Below, piece after piece: positions 52,606-64,000 of a stretch of 64,000 bases of DNA. Each line of letters begins with the position of its first letter. Position 1 is the first letter of the stretch. The notes below the pieces were generated by a model. The model was not told the origin of the DNA. It worked only from the letters and a program-made list of their open reading frames with translations, and made no database searches. Source of the DNA: Camelus dromedarius (lineage: Eukaryota); contig NC_087437.1 in the NCBI RefSeq assembly GCF_036321535.1, positions 60,576,001-60,640,000 on the forward strand, read 5' to 3'. The position numbers were made by a program, and so were the translations under genes.

Positions 52606-53529
52606 GTACACCCTCCACAGACACACAGATGTGCAAACTTCTTTGGGGTTGGCTGGGGTCAGGGCCAGCTCTGAGGGTCGGGGTCCTCTCCCAGCAGGAC
52701 CCGACAGAAGGCAGCCCCAGAGAGGTTTCCTCTTCCTCCTTCACATGTCCCTTACTCTTGGGAAGGTTAGGGAATATTCTTGGCCACAATCGTGACAGTC
52801 ACGGGTGTCTAGTTCTGTGGAGGCTGCCAGTGTCCCTGCCCACTCACTGAGAGTGGAATAGTTCCAGTGGGCACAGGGAGAAAGGCAAGTGCATTGGCTC
52901 TGGGCCTGGCAGTATCACTGTCCAGACATGGGCTGTCCCCCTGGATATCTAGGGGACCTTGCTGGAAAGAGGCCAGCCCTCTGTGTAAGTGCTGAAGAAG
53001 ACACGTTTACCAAGCACCCACCATATGCCATAGCAGGGCCATCTCTGGGTGTTAAATCATGCACATTCATGGTGAAAGGAAGGCTGCACACACACCGCTG
53101 TCCTGGCTGGCACCTCAGGAAGAAAAAAACACATTTTTTCTAACCACCTACACGAGCACATGTAAGGTGTTAGGGTTGGCTGCTCTCACTTCCAGACAGC
53201 TGGGCAGTTACCCTGACTGGAACAGAAGAGATTATGAAGTAGTGAGTTCCCTGTCCCTGAGGGAGTTCAAGGCAAGGCTGGGAGAACACTTACCAGAGGT
53301 TGTCAGTGGGGTTCCTATATCTAGACAACCTCTGCATTCCCCCCATCCCTGTGATCCTCACAGGAGGAGACGTGCCGCTCTGAGCTGGGTGGGCAGTGGA
53401 GCAGATGGGTGGCCTTGAGCCACTGAGCCAGGCAGTGGGCATATCCGTAGGGGAGCAGCCCACCCATCTCCTCCCTGGCTGCCCTTTCTGCTGCCAGCCC
53501 CTTAACACAGCCCTTCCCCTCCACCCCAG

Positions 53530-53686
53530 CGGTGAGTGAGTTCTTCAGCGCCAGCTGTGTGCCTGTGAACAACCCCAAGAACTACCCATCCTCGCTGTGT
53601 GCTCTCTGTGTGGGGGATGAGCAGGGCCGCAACAAGTGTGTGGGCAACAGCCAGGAGAGGTACTACGGCTACAGTGGTGCTTTCAG
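53530..53686 (+). CDS. MELTF: MELTF exon 12 (A)[11 protein letters not shown]...YYGYSGAF(R)
   Basis: ccccag| and |gtactc; 157 nt. Confidence 0.95.
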
Positions 53687-53775
53687 GTACTCGATGGGCC
53701 AGGCAGGTGGGCCTGGGGCCGGGTGCAGGGGCGGGACCCTTCTGCCAACACCTGCCTTGGCTTCTTGTGTGGCAG

Positions 53776-53843
53776 GTGCCTGGTTGAGAATGCAGGGGAC
53801 GTCGCTTTTGTCAAGCACACGACTGTCTTCGACAACACAAATG
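53776..53843 (+). CDS. MELTF: MELTF exon 13 [22 protein letters not shown]
   Basis: tggcag| and |gtatgt; 68 nt. Confidence 0.95.
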
Positions 53844-55693
53844 GTATGTGACAGGGCTGGGGCCAGAGCAGGGCCAGATTCTGGCGGGGCTGTTCCCCAA
53901 CTCCAACACAATCCAGGCACTGGATGTGGCTGGGATTGCGAGCCAAGCAGCAGCTGAGAGATGCTGAGCCTAGAAGGCTCTGCCCCTTGGGCATCCTGGG
54001 GGCCCCAAGGGCCAAATGTTAAGAACAGATCCCAGGCCACATATTCAGGTGCACAGGTCACATACGGTCTTTACTGGTCTGGAATCCAAATCCCCATTCC
54101 ACAAAATAGTAGAAACTCAGTCAATTTAAAGAGACCCCTCCAAGGGTATTTATGTGGCACCAAGGTGTGTGGGTGGCAGGGGCCTCTTTCCACAGGGTCA
54201 TCAGTTCACATCAGCATCTGATCTTTTACCCGAGCAGGTCAATGCCATGAACAGGGAAATCACTCTGCAGCCCCAAGCCCGCATAAGGCACAGCACACCC
54301 CCATTCACATCATACAGGCGATTTTTAATCTGGAGTCACTTTCCTGGGCTCCACCTGGGAAGAAGAGCTGAGGAACTCTGCTCCAGGACCTCTACACCCC
54401 CTCTTGAGGTCCTATGGAGTGCAGCCCCTTACCATGCATCCCTCCCCTCCCAGTCCTGTTCTCCTTCCTCAGGGAATCTGTGGGTTTTAAAGACTGGAAG
54501 CTGTTTCCCTTCTTATTGTTTGCATTTTCTATATACCCTGGCTACACCCCAGGCTTTGAAACCCCAAACGCTGGCGGCTCAGTCTTCTCCACTCTGTCTT
54601 AACCCATCCCTTCCCAGAAACTCAGGGCAGAAAGGAATAAGGCCGGAAGAGGAGGAGGAGATTGGTGGTGAGGGAAAGCAAGACATGCAGGGAGAAAACA
54701 TCACATCAATCAGTATTTCAAAACTCAGATCCCATCCTACCTACGAAGGTCACCGAGGCTGTAGAACAGTTACCCCAACAGAGTTCCAGGCCCTGTTGCC
54801 ACAACCTTTATCCCCTGCCAACCTTCCACCAAGAACATTGGGGATCTTCCCCCAGGAGTAAGGAGCTGTGTGCTCCTGCAGGAGCTATGAGCCCTGCCTG
54901 ATCCCAGCCTTGTGCCCTCTGTGGTCCTGGAATGAGGGTCAGGGGAAGAGGCAGGGCTGGAGACACCTTTGAGAGGTTCACTTGCAGGCAACCACCTAGG
55001 GCCACTCAAATTTTTTTTATGTCTGCTAGTAGGCCCACCTGGAGTTCCTTCTGGAAATAGGAAGAGCAGATACTAAGTGAATGAATGAAGGCACAAAAAT
55101 AACGTGATTACCAAGAACAGTGTGTTTCCCAGGGAGCCTTTGAACTACCCACCTGCTTCAGAATCACTGGGTTGCTAGTTTAAAATGCAGACTCCTGGGA
55201 CCCCCCTAGATCTACATGACAAGATTCTTTGCAAGGAGGGGCCTTTGAAACTTCCTCTTACAGATCAACATGTGATATTATACTCCCTCTGGTTTGAGAA
55301 GTTCAGCCATTAGGGGAGAAGGTCAACCACCACCTTCAGGAACCCATCCCACCCTCAGGCCTGAGACCTATTAACACACAAATGGAGTTCTTTGCCTGGG
55401 AGTGATTAAGAGCTTCAGTTTCTCCACCTGTAAAATGGGAGCCATCATACCTGCCTGCAGTGCTTGTAAACTGTTACATAGTGGATACTTATTTCCTATG
55501 AATAACATTGTTAGCCCAGCTGGGTTCTCTCACCCTGGCAATAGAGCGGAGCAATTGAAGAATGGAAAGGGGTTGGGGAGCTGGCCAGATATCACCACCT
55601 CTGCCCAGTTGAGGATTTGGGGGTCCCGGAGGAGAGCACCGTCTCTCTATTCCTTCCTCCCTCCCTGCCTCTCCCTCTGCTCCATCCCCTCAG

Positions 55694-55881
55694 GCCACAA
55701 TGCTGAGCCCTGGGCTGCTGAGCTCAGGTTGGAGGACTATGAGCTCCTGTGTCCCAATGGGGCCCGGGCCGAGGTGTCCCAGTTCGCAGCCTGCAACCTG
55801 GCACAGATACCGTCCCATGCCGTCATGGTCCGGCCAGACACCAACATCTTCACTGTGTATGGACTGCTGGACAAGGCCCAG
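55694..55881 (+). CDS. MELTF: MELTF exon 14 (G)[10 protein letters not shown]...IPSHAVM...DKAQ
   Basis: cctcag| and |gtgagc; 188 nt. Confidence 0.96.
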
Positions 55882-56059
55882 GTGAGCCAGGGCAGGGGCT
55901 ACCTCACTATGGGGAGGGCGACAGAGGTGGGCCAAGCCCACGGGATGCCTCAGTTTACCTGGAGCAGACCTCAGGAGAAGCTGAGGAAGCCTGAGGGGAA
56001 ATTCTGTGATTTTCACTTAGCCAGGGCCATGCCTCCAACCACTATCCCCTTGGTTGGTC

Positions 56060-56930
56060 TCCTACATCATTAATTTTCCTTTCCCAGTTGGACTATTCTC
56101 ATCAACATACAAACATGTTATTTCTACCATCTTGTAAAAACAAATGAACCTTCCTGCTTGGCCATAACCCCACTCCCCTTTACAGCAAAACTCCTTCAAA
56201 GAGCTGTCTCTACTCTGGGGTCATCAGTTCCTCTCCTCTGGTCTCTCTCTTAAGGATGGATACTATAGATGGGCCTCACCAGGACCATGAAACTGTCCTG
56301 GTCAAGGTCACAGTGACCCATGTTGCTAAATCCAGTGGCTGTTTCGCAGCCTGCCTCTCCCTGACCTCTCAGCAGCATTGGCTGCAGCTCCCTCTTCCTG
56401 AAGTTCACCTCCCTCCTGGAAGCAGTTTCCCCCTTGGCTCCCAGAGCCGCACACTGGCCTGGCTCTCCTCCTGCCTCTCTGGGCACTCCTCCCAGTCTCC
56501 TTTGCTGGTTCTTCCTCCTTTGTGGGCCAGTAACCACTGGAGTGCCCTGGGGTGCAATCCTAAATCCTCTCCTCTGTCAGCACCTACACCCCTGCTGATC
56601 TCATCCAGCCCCAGGTCATTAACTGCTGTCTACACACTGATGCCTCCTAAATGTACATCTTCAGCCCTGCTTCAGACCCACCCTTCAGACTCACACTTGC
56701 ATCTTTTAACAACTGCCTGCTTGAAATTTTGACCGATATTTCTAAGGCCTCTCCAACTGAACAAATCTATCTTGGACTCCTCTTTCTCCTCCATCTCCCC
56801 CACTTCAGGGAACAGCAGCTTTAGCCTTTCCATTTCCTCAGGAATCAGCTCGGGCTCGTCTTCCTCTCATGCTCTATTTCCAGTCCATCAGCAAATCCTA
56901 TTGGTCACACTTTTAAACACATCTACAGTT
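56060..56930. mobile_element. L2 LINE fragment
   Basis: caaaactccttcaaagagctgtct, tcaaggtcacagtgacc..ttgctaaatccagtgg, cagtccatcagcaaatcc. Confidence 0.75.
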
Positions 56931-58004
56931 TGAACTCAGGCTGTCTGACAACATAGCCCCTGGTTCCCAACCTCCCCCTCTACCCACCCTCAACCTGATG
57001 TAGGCTGAAGTTGACCTTTCCCTCCACCCATAAAGCACTGCAGATTTGCAGAGCCAGTTGGCTCTCCAGGCCAGTTTCTAAAAGTTGAAATTATGTTTAC
57101 TCTCATGTTCCCACGTGGAGTTCCTCTGTCCCAGGAGTTCTTGACTCTGGGTCCCTGGGTTCCCCAGGGATCCCCAAACCCTCCAAAGTGATACGGGAGA
57201 AGAACCCTGTGTGGTTGTGTACTTTTCTGGAGGGAAGACTCAGAGTTTTCATTAGCTCCTCAAGAGGATTCTTGAGTCGCCCCAGAGAGATTAATAGCCA
57301 CCTTACTCTTTCTTTCCCCCTTGGTCAGTATTGAAAAGCTGACACAGTCATTTGTCCCTGTGCTCTGGATGTCCTTTATGTATTTATAATTTCTCACGCC
57401 CCTTCTGGTCTTTTTACTGGCTCTCTCAGGGTGGAGCCAGAGCACACCTATCCTGAGGACCCTCCACAGGGAAGAGAATAGCTCTTGCAAGAATGTCTTG
57501 CGCACTAGCCGAGTGGGTTAATAAAGGATATTCAACTCGTCTAGGACTTTCTTAGTACTAGTGACAGAACAAAAGGCTCTCTTATGAAATCATTTTGGTT
57601 TGGAGTAAAGGACACCTGTAAGACAGAGTGAGGAAGCCTGGTAGAAAAGGCTGCCTAATGCTGGGCAGGCCTAGCAAAGCCCTCAGTAATCTCATCCACA
57701 TCATCTCTTATTTACAGGTCTTTCTTCATGTAAGTCTCAGGCTTCAGTTCTGTATCCAAGAGCTAGTTTGGTGTGATATTTCTGAGTGGCTGTCATACAG
57801 TGGTGGCTATGGTCATCTCTTACTCCAAATCCCCTTTGGTGACAGAGGTCAATGAGTTGTCAACCTTATGATTTCCAAGCAGAGTCTTGGCACCTGACTT
57901 TCCTTGCGCCTTGGTTCACGGTGTGTAAAGCAGTTAATGGCAAGTGGCACCTGGGTGACCATTTGTGAGCCCAGATGCAAAGCAGTTCTGCTGTGTGCTT
58001 CCAG

Positions 58005-58203
58005 GACCTGTTTGGAGATGACCACAATAAGAATGGGTTCAAAATGTTCGACTCCTCCAACTATCATGGCCAGGACCTGCTTTTCAAGGATGCTACCATC
58101 CGGGCAGTGCCTGTGGGAGAGAAAACCACGTACCATGACTGGCTGGGCCAGGACTACGTGGCGGCTCTGGAAGGGATGCTGTCTCAGCAGTGCTCTGGCA
58201 CAG
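58005..58203 (+). CDS. MELTF: MELTF exon 15 DLFGDDHNKNGFKMF...SQQCSGT
   Basis: ttccag| and |gtaggg; 199 nt; contains the likely GPI attachment region (C709-S-G). Confidence 0.95.
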
Positions 58204-58682
58204 GTAGGGCAGGTGCAAGAGCCCTGGACAGGCGGGTCCACACCCTACAGAGGAAGAGTGGGCACATTCCCCAGGCATCATTCGGAACCCTTCACCCAAA
58301 ACCTTTAGTAAACTGAAGGGCACTCTGGGTCTTTGCAAATGATCAAGGTAAATTGTCCTGGGAGGGTCTGAACAATTATAGCAGAAACACTGGCTGTGGA
58401 ACCCAGACAGACCTGGATAATGAATGTAAGTGCTAAAAATAATCGTTCAAAGAGGATTCAGGCAACTGCATAAATATACATGTACTGTCATTTTGAAAGG
58501 AATGAATATGTAAAGAAATCAGGAGAAAGAAAAATTGTAATGGGATAGCAAGAGGGAGCCTGGAGAGAGGTTAGTACACAGAAATATGCTCCACCTAGTC
58601 CTGCACACAAGTGCCAGCCAGCCACAAACTCGACTCTCCAAGCTTCAAGCGAGGCCTTAACTGCATTTGTTCAATCCCACAG

Positions 58683-58765
58683 GGGTCACTGCCTCCAGGG
58701 TGTTCCCACTCCTGCTGCTTCTCCCACTGGCCCTCGCTGTCGGCCTCCTCCAGCCCTCCCTCTGA
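58683..58765 (+). CDS. MELTF: MELTF exon 16, GPI signal (G)VTASRVFPLLLLLPLALAVGLLQPSL*
   Basis: ccacag| acceptor, phase-compatible with exon 15; hydrophobic C-terminal tail; TGA at 58763-58765; total CDS 2220 nt. Confidence 0.88.
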
Positions 58766-58964
58766 AGCAGCTGTGGGCAAGCCTCGCCCTCCCTGGGAAT
58801 GGAAACCTGTTCAGAAATCTCTCTAAATAAGGCTGTTCTTCTCAGTAAATCTGGTTAACACTGCTCAGAGGGAAACGTGTGATGGGAGAGGAAGCGTGAG
58901 AAACCATAGACCTCCTTAGGGCTGCGATTCTGACACTGAAGTTTCAGTGATTCCTTCCAAGTGG

Positions 58965-58970
58965 AATAAA
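58965..58970 (+). terminator. Candidate proximal MELTF poly(A) signal
   Basis: First AATAAA after the stop, ~200 nt downstream. Confidence 0.55.
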
Positions 58971-60856
58971 GATGACTGTGACTGTTAAAGAAAAATCCCC
59001 CAACTGGACTGAGCAGGTCTCTCCTGCTGGAACCCAGCCTCTGCCTCCCAGGCACCACCTGTCCCTCTGCTACCTGAGGTGGTGCGCTGGCCAGCCTCCC
59101 AGTCACACCCCACCCACAGGCTGGCATAGCCGCTTCCCTGCAGATCTGCAGGCTCCCACCACATGGATCCTCACCAGGCTTGGGTTTGGAAAAGACCGTT
59201 ACCAAGGAAACAGTCTGAACCCGAGCTTCCCACACGGCCCTCTCAGCTGGAGCTTGTCCTGCGGAGCCACCCAGGGGGCCTGGTGAGATGACAGGCCAGC
59301 AGGCCCTTCCTTGCTGGTTCCCACCTCCCCCTCTGGAGAATGGACAACGCACCCAGCACCTCCCCTCAGCCCCCGCTCCGTCTGTCCTCTGGACTCCCTG
59401 TGTCGGCCTTTCTCCAGAGGACACTGAGCTGCCCACTGAGGCGTCGCCATATGAGGCTGGAGCCAGGCCCCCAAGTATGCGAAGCTTCTGGGCCCATGAA
59501 GCCCTTTGTCCTTGTCTTCTGCAGCTTGGCGTGGTGCAGACCACTGGACCCCTGATTGTGCCGGGCTGGGAAGGACAGGGAGGCCAGGGCTGGACCCTAG
59601 GAATGAAGCCCTCAAGGGCTCCTCAGACAAAGGAAATGCATCTCAGAATTTTTACAAGGCAGGGGGCTTGATGCAGGATTGAGGGTCTAAAATCTTGTCT
59701 GTGGTAAGAAGAGCAGGCCTCAGAACTGGACTTGCTCTGTGTGCCCTGCCCTGTGGTGAATTCAGCTGCACCGGGCTCTTTTCTGGAGTTAAGCCCAGTC
59801 AGCAGGAATGCCCACTCCTGCGTTTCCTCCTCTTAGGCTTCATCTCAGATCATCCCCTTCTACCCCGGTGCGATGTCCACCACTCTGGAGCTACTCTTGT
59901 ACCTCTAGCTGCAGGAGTTGCCTCCGGACTGAAGAGTTTGGCCTCCAGGGCTGCCCAGTGGTGTCCAGCCCATGAAGCAGGAGGTGGCGAAGGTCTCTAA
60001 GTCAGCACAAGGCCCTCTGAAGAGCTAGAAATGGGGAGTTGCCTTTCTCTTTGTCAGAGATGCCACAGGCTGGGTGGGGTGCTGAAGGGAGCCCCATCTC
60101 CCCAAGTGTGAGCACGGGGTCTCCTCACCCAGCCCTGTACTGCCTGGGCCTGAGGACCACTCACTCCAGAGGAAGAGTCCCTCCTTCCCCTCCCCTGCAA
60201 GTCAGCAGAAAGTGCCTGGAGAGGGTCTCCATCATTACCACAGTTGTCTGAGAAGCCAGAAAAAGTTTCCAGAACTGCCAGCTCTTACTCTGAGATTTGG
60301 TCTCTGAAAAAAGTGAAAAGAAAGAGAAGAAACAGGAGCAAGCCACCCTCGTCAGCAGACTGGGAGCCGCGTGGGCCTGGAGCTATTTGCATCTCAGTCT
60401 GCGGGGGCCTTGGGGACGCTGATGACAGGCTGGTTCCCAGTGCTTCGCCCCCACCTGTGGGCGTTGGATCCCTTCCATCCTCGGTGGGGAAGGAGGCCAC
60501 TGGCAGTGTCCTGGCCATAGTCAGACACCATCCTGAGGAGTCCTGGCCTCAGCCCCCACTGTGAGGGGCCAGAAGGAGCCAGCCTCAGCTACCAAGTTTG
60601 TACCCTCTTCACTGGAGGAGCCAATAAGTCTTCTCTGACCTGATGATTGTTTGATTTTTTTAAGGGAGATTTGTGCAGTAAGAAGTATACTTCTGTGTGG
60701 CCACCGTGGGCCAGTGTGCTGCCCAGGGTGTGACACTGTACTGTGAACCTACCAAGGGTGTGACCTGTGTGAGTGCTGTGTGATGTTTAATTGTCAGGTG
60801 ACAGCAGAAGGCCACCCCTGTGTTAGTGTTAATGAAGGATGTTGGTTTGTTTTTCA

Positions 60857-60862
60857 AATAAA
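60857..60862 (+). terminator. Candidate distal MELTF poly(A) signal
   Basis: AATAAA with U/GU-rich upstream sequence and a U-rich tract ~55 nt downstream. Confidence 0.55.
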
Positions 60863-62088
60863 GCCAAACAACCCTGCACCAGGATAGAAACCTGATAGAA
60901 ACCTGCTGCTGCTAATTGATTTTTTCTTCTTAGGTGGTCAGAGGCCTACATGCCTCAGGCCACCCTTCTGCCACCCAGAATGGTAGATGCCACTCAGAGC
61001 CAGAGTCAGGAAACAGTCTGTGCCTCCAGCCAGTGAGGCCCCCAACTCCCTTTTCCAATCTGGCCGGTTCTCTGGCCCGTGCAGGGCCTCAGCCATCCCA
61101 GCACATTCTAGCCACCTTGATCCCCTCGGCCTCTTAGGTGTCTTCTCCTCTGGGGATGGGATACAGAGGAGGATGCAGACTTCCTCACCATCCCGCCAAC
61201 CCTATGTCTCCAAAGTAAGTCACCCACATCCTTTCTTTGGCAAGTTGGCTTCTAACTCACTGGAAGAAGGAAAGGAGGGGTCAGGTCCGCGCAGTGGGAG
61301 CTCTCTGGCCTGTACTGAAGTGTGGTGGGCGGGCTGGGCTTGGCTGGTGTCCTGCTCTCGCTCAGGGAGTGGAGGTTCTCTGTGTTCCCCTCTCCCATGG
61401 CTCCTGCCCTTCATTCTGCCCCAAGGCCTCCCTTGCTCCCTGCAGGGTCTCGGAGCAGGGTCTCTTGCTCACCACAGCACCCCATCACCATGAAGCTAGG
61501 AACCCTGATAACCTGGCAGCGGAAGTTGATGACATTGTCTCAGCACCACATGGCTCAGTTTGAGCCAATCAGCTCTGCTGGTGCTGCACCTGCCCTCCTT
61601 AAACCTTCGGGAGAGTTACTTAACATCTGAGCCACATCTTCTCATCTAAAAATTAAGCAGAATAATAATACCAACCTAGTGAGACTGTGGTGAAGATCGG
61701 GTTATACTGTATGTAAAACACTTAGCACTGTTCTTAGTGCCCAACAGGTGCAGGAAGACACTGGCTATTACCACTGCTGTTACTCTCAGAGCTTTATTGT
61801 TCGGCTTAATTTGGGTTTCAGGTTCCTGGGAGAGAGCATCTTCCTGACCTAATGTGGGTCAGGTGAGTCCTCCTGTGACAATCAGCGCAGGCCATCAGCG
61901 GGACCTAGAGCTGAAACTTGGCCACTGAGGCCCCAGAGAAAGAGATGAAAGCATCATGAGTCAGGCAGCCACCCAGCGGATGTAGGTGATAGTGGACATT
62001 CACTGAGCAAATATTTATTAATGCTTACTGTTAATATTCCTAGAACTGGGCAAGAGGGACCTTGGTGTTAGGTTTTGTGCTTTAAAAC

Positions 62089-62240
62089 AGTGCTTTTCCA
62101 ACCTTGATGTGCACCTGAATCCCCTGGGGATCTTGTTAGATTGCTGGTTCTGATTCAGTAGGTCTGAAGTAAGGCTGCCGTTCTAACCAGCTCCCAGGTG
62201 GTGCCTGTGCTGCCAGTCCAAGGACCACATTTTGAGAAGC
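62089..62240. mobile_element. MER5A-like relic
   Basis: cagtgcttttccaacctt..tgattcagtaggtctg..ggaccacattttgagaagc. Confidence 0.75.
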
Positions 62241-63404
62241 GAGCCCTCGGAGGCCTCTGCTGGAGCTCTTCTCTGACCACAGCAACCCCACAGTGGGAGG
62301 AGCTGCGAGGAAAAGGGACCTGTTCACCCAAAGCCCATACCCCATCTTTTAGACCATGCTCCTGGAATTCTTATCTCAAGCAGTCCTGAGCTTTCAGGGT
62401 CTGAACAGGTCTCTTCTCCAGGGCCTGCCTCCAAACTGTGGTCAAAATGTGGCCCTTGTGAGGAGGTGTAGCTGGAGCTAGATGAACAGGCAGTGTCCTC
62501 TTGCATGCGCACAGGCCCTGCAAGTATGGGTTGGAGCCTGTTCCCTCTGAACCTCATATTCCAGTCTGCCGAGTCTTTATGACAGTTTATTTGTCAAAGT
62601 AGGAAGACAGGACATATTTAAGTTTGTTAACTTGATTTGTAAGTTTTAAATTTGCAGCCATGTGCTAGGTGGGCCTCCATGGGTGCTCTTGTCCTGGACC
62701 CCAAAAATGATTGGGTTGCGCCAGCCTGCTATGTGGACAACTGTCCAGCTCTGGCAGCCCTCTTCTTAGGGCTCTGGAAGACACAAGGAGTTCAGTTAAA
62801 GCCTACTGCCCCTGCTCCTGGGCTCATTTAGTGAGGCCACTGGGCTGGTGTGTGGAAGAAGAGATAGTGAGAAGTTGAGTGACCTTCAACAAGGATGGGC
62901 AGGTCCTCCTGGCTCCATAGCACATGAAGGATGGGGTCACCCCCACCTTCAGATCCCTCCCCAGGGCTTTCTTTACACGTTTGCGTTGAGGATGGATTCC
63001 TTTGGACCATGTTCTTGTACAAGATTCACACGATAGGTATACATGCTATAATTTTTTTAGAAGATATTTCAATTTGGAAAAAATAAATAAACCACTCACC
63101 TGGGATTCAGGAAACTTGAATTCTAGTTCCACTTTTGCTGTTCACCTCAGGCAAATACTTTCTCCTGTCTCAATCTCAGTTCCCAAGTCTATAAAATAGA
63201 GATTTGGATGGTCCCTCTGTGGTTCCTATCTCTAACAATTATTCTTAGACTCAAAAATCTGCCTTCCCAGGATTATTGCCTGGTTGGTGCTGAAGTGCAG
63301 AAGGGCCAGGTGGGCTCTATTTATGTCTGTCTTTCCCAGCTGATTTGAGTTGGCGCTAACAGCCCAGGAGCTATTTCACAGCCTGCACATTATTATTTGT
63401 TAAT

Positions 63405-63582
63405 GAGTCTCGAACTTACGGGTGCATCAGAACCACTGAGGGCTTATTAAACAGAGTGCTGGTCCCACCCAGAGTCTCTGATTTCACCGGGGTGGGGTGG
63501 GGCCCCAAAATGTGCATTTCTGGCAAATTCCCAGGTGATGCTGATGTTGCGTGTCAGGCCACCTCACTTTGAAGACCACTGT
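63405..63582. mobile_element. MER5A-like relic
   Basis: tgcatcagaacc..tgcatttctggcaaattcccaggtgatgctgat..cactttgaagaccactg. Confidence 0.75.
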
Positions 63583-64000
63583 TAGGACAGTGCACACCCT
63601 GAGAGTGTGGCTGGTGCTACCCCAGCGGGCTCAGGGGTCTGAGGAGAAGGGCCAGTGGTTAGGAGGTCCTCAGGGAGGGAGCTGGGCCCAGCCTGGAAGG
63701 AGGGGCAGACCTGTAACCACGCTCCGTGCTCTCCATGGGGAGAGTGGGATGTGCAGGATGACGCGAAGTGCAGAGCCCCTGGGTCCCAACAAGGTAGCTG
63801 AGGGTGGGCATGGCATCCTGACGTCCCCCCAGCACGTGGCTCTCGCTCCTGCTGGTCCCGTGCCCCTGCGCTCCCCACCGCACGTTTCTGATTGAGGGCT
63901 TTCAGGAAGAGAAAGCACTCAAAGAGTAGCATGTGTGGTCAGAATAACCCTCTTCCACTTTCCTAGCTCGGATGTCCCCAGAAACCTCCAACTTGGCCGA

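Noticed and set aside
54154..54861. 235 aa intronic ORF (likewise 58855..59544 and 60987..61493)
   Set aside because: No recognisable homology or splice support; chance ORFs in GC-rich sequence
35194..58765. Possibility that MELTF is a pseudogene or a different transferrin-family gene
   Set aside because: All 16 exons join in frame with canonical splice sites; the GPI tail and adjacency to DLG1 identify MELTF
1..64000. A wholly new biological system
   Set aside because: Nearly all structure is explained by two known genes and known repeat classes; nothing remaining supports such a claim

Overview
Mammalian genomic DNA, probably a camelid (inferred from the tRNA-derived SINE family present). 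The + strand carries the last six coding exons and 3' UTR of DLG1 (SAP97, guanylate-kinase-like domain; 1007-~26020). After a ~9 kb intergenic stretch comes a complete, intact 16-exon melanotransferrin gene, MELTF (ATG 35194, stop 58765; 2220 nt CDS, 739 aa, all introns GT-AG). The DLG1 half is AT-rich and packed with nested LINE-1 elements, including a full-length antisense L1 with target-site duplications (TSDs) and a young twin-primed L1. The MELTF half is GC-rich, with a CpG-island promoter and old MIR/L2/MER5 repeats. I found no convincing new biological system. The best leads are lineage-level: a local ~230 bp duplication in MELTF intron 6 that preserves a SINE empty site, protein changes in MELTF (HExxH motif, glycosylation sequons, C-lobe ligand), a candidate AP-1/TEAD enhancer, and datable nested insertions. 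Comparisons with human sequence and repeat-family names are from memory and need checking.
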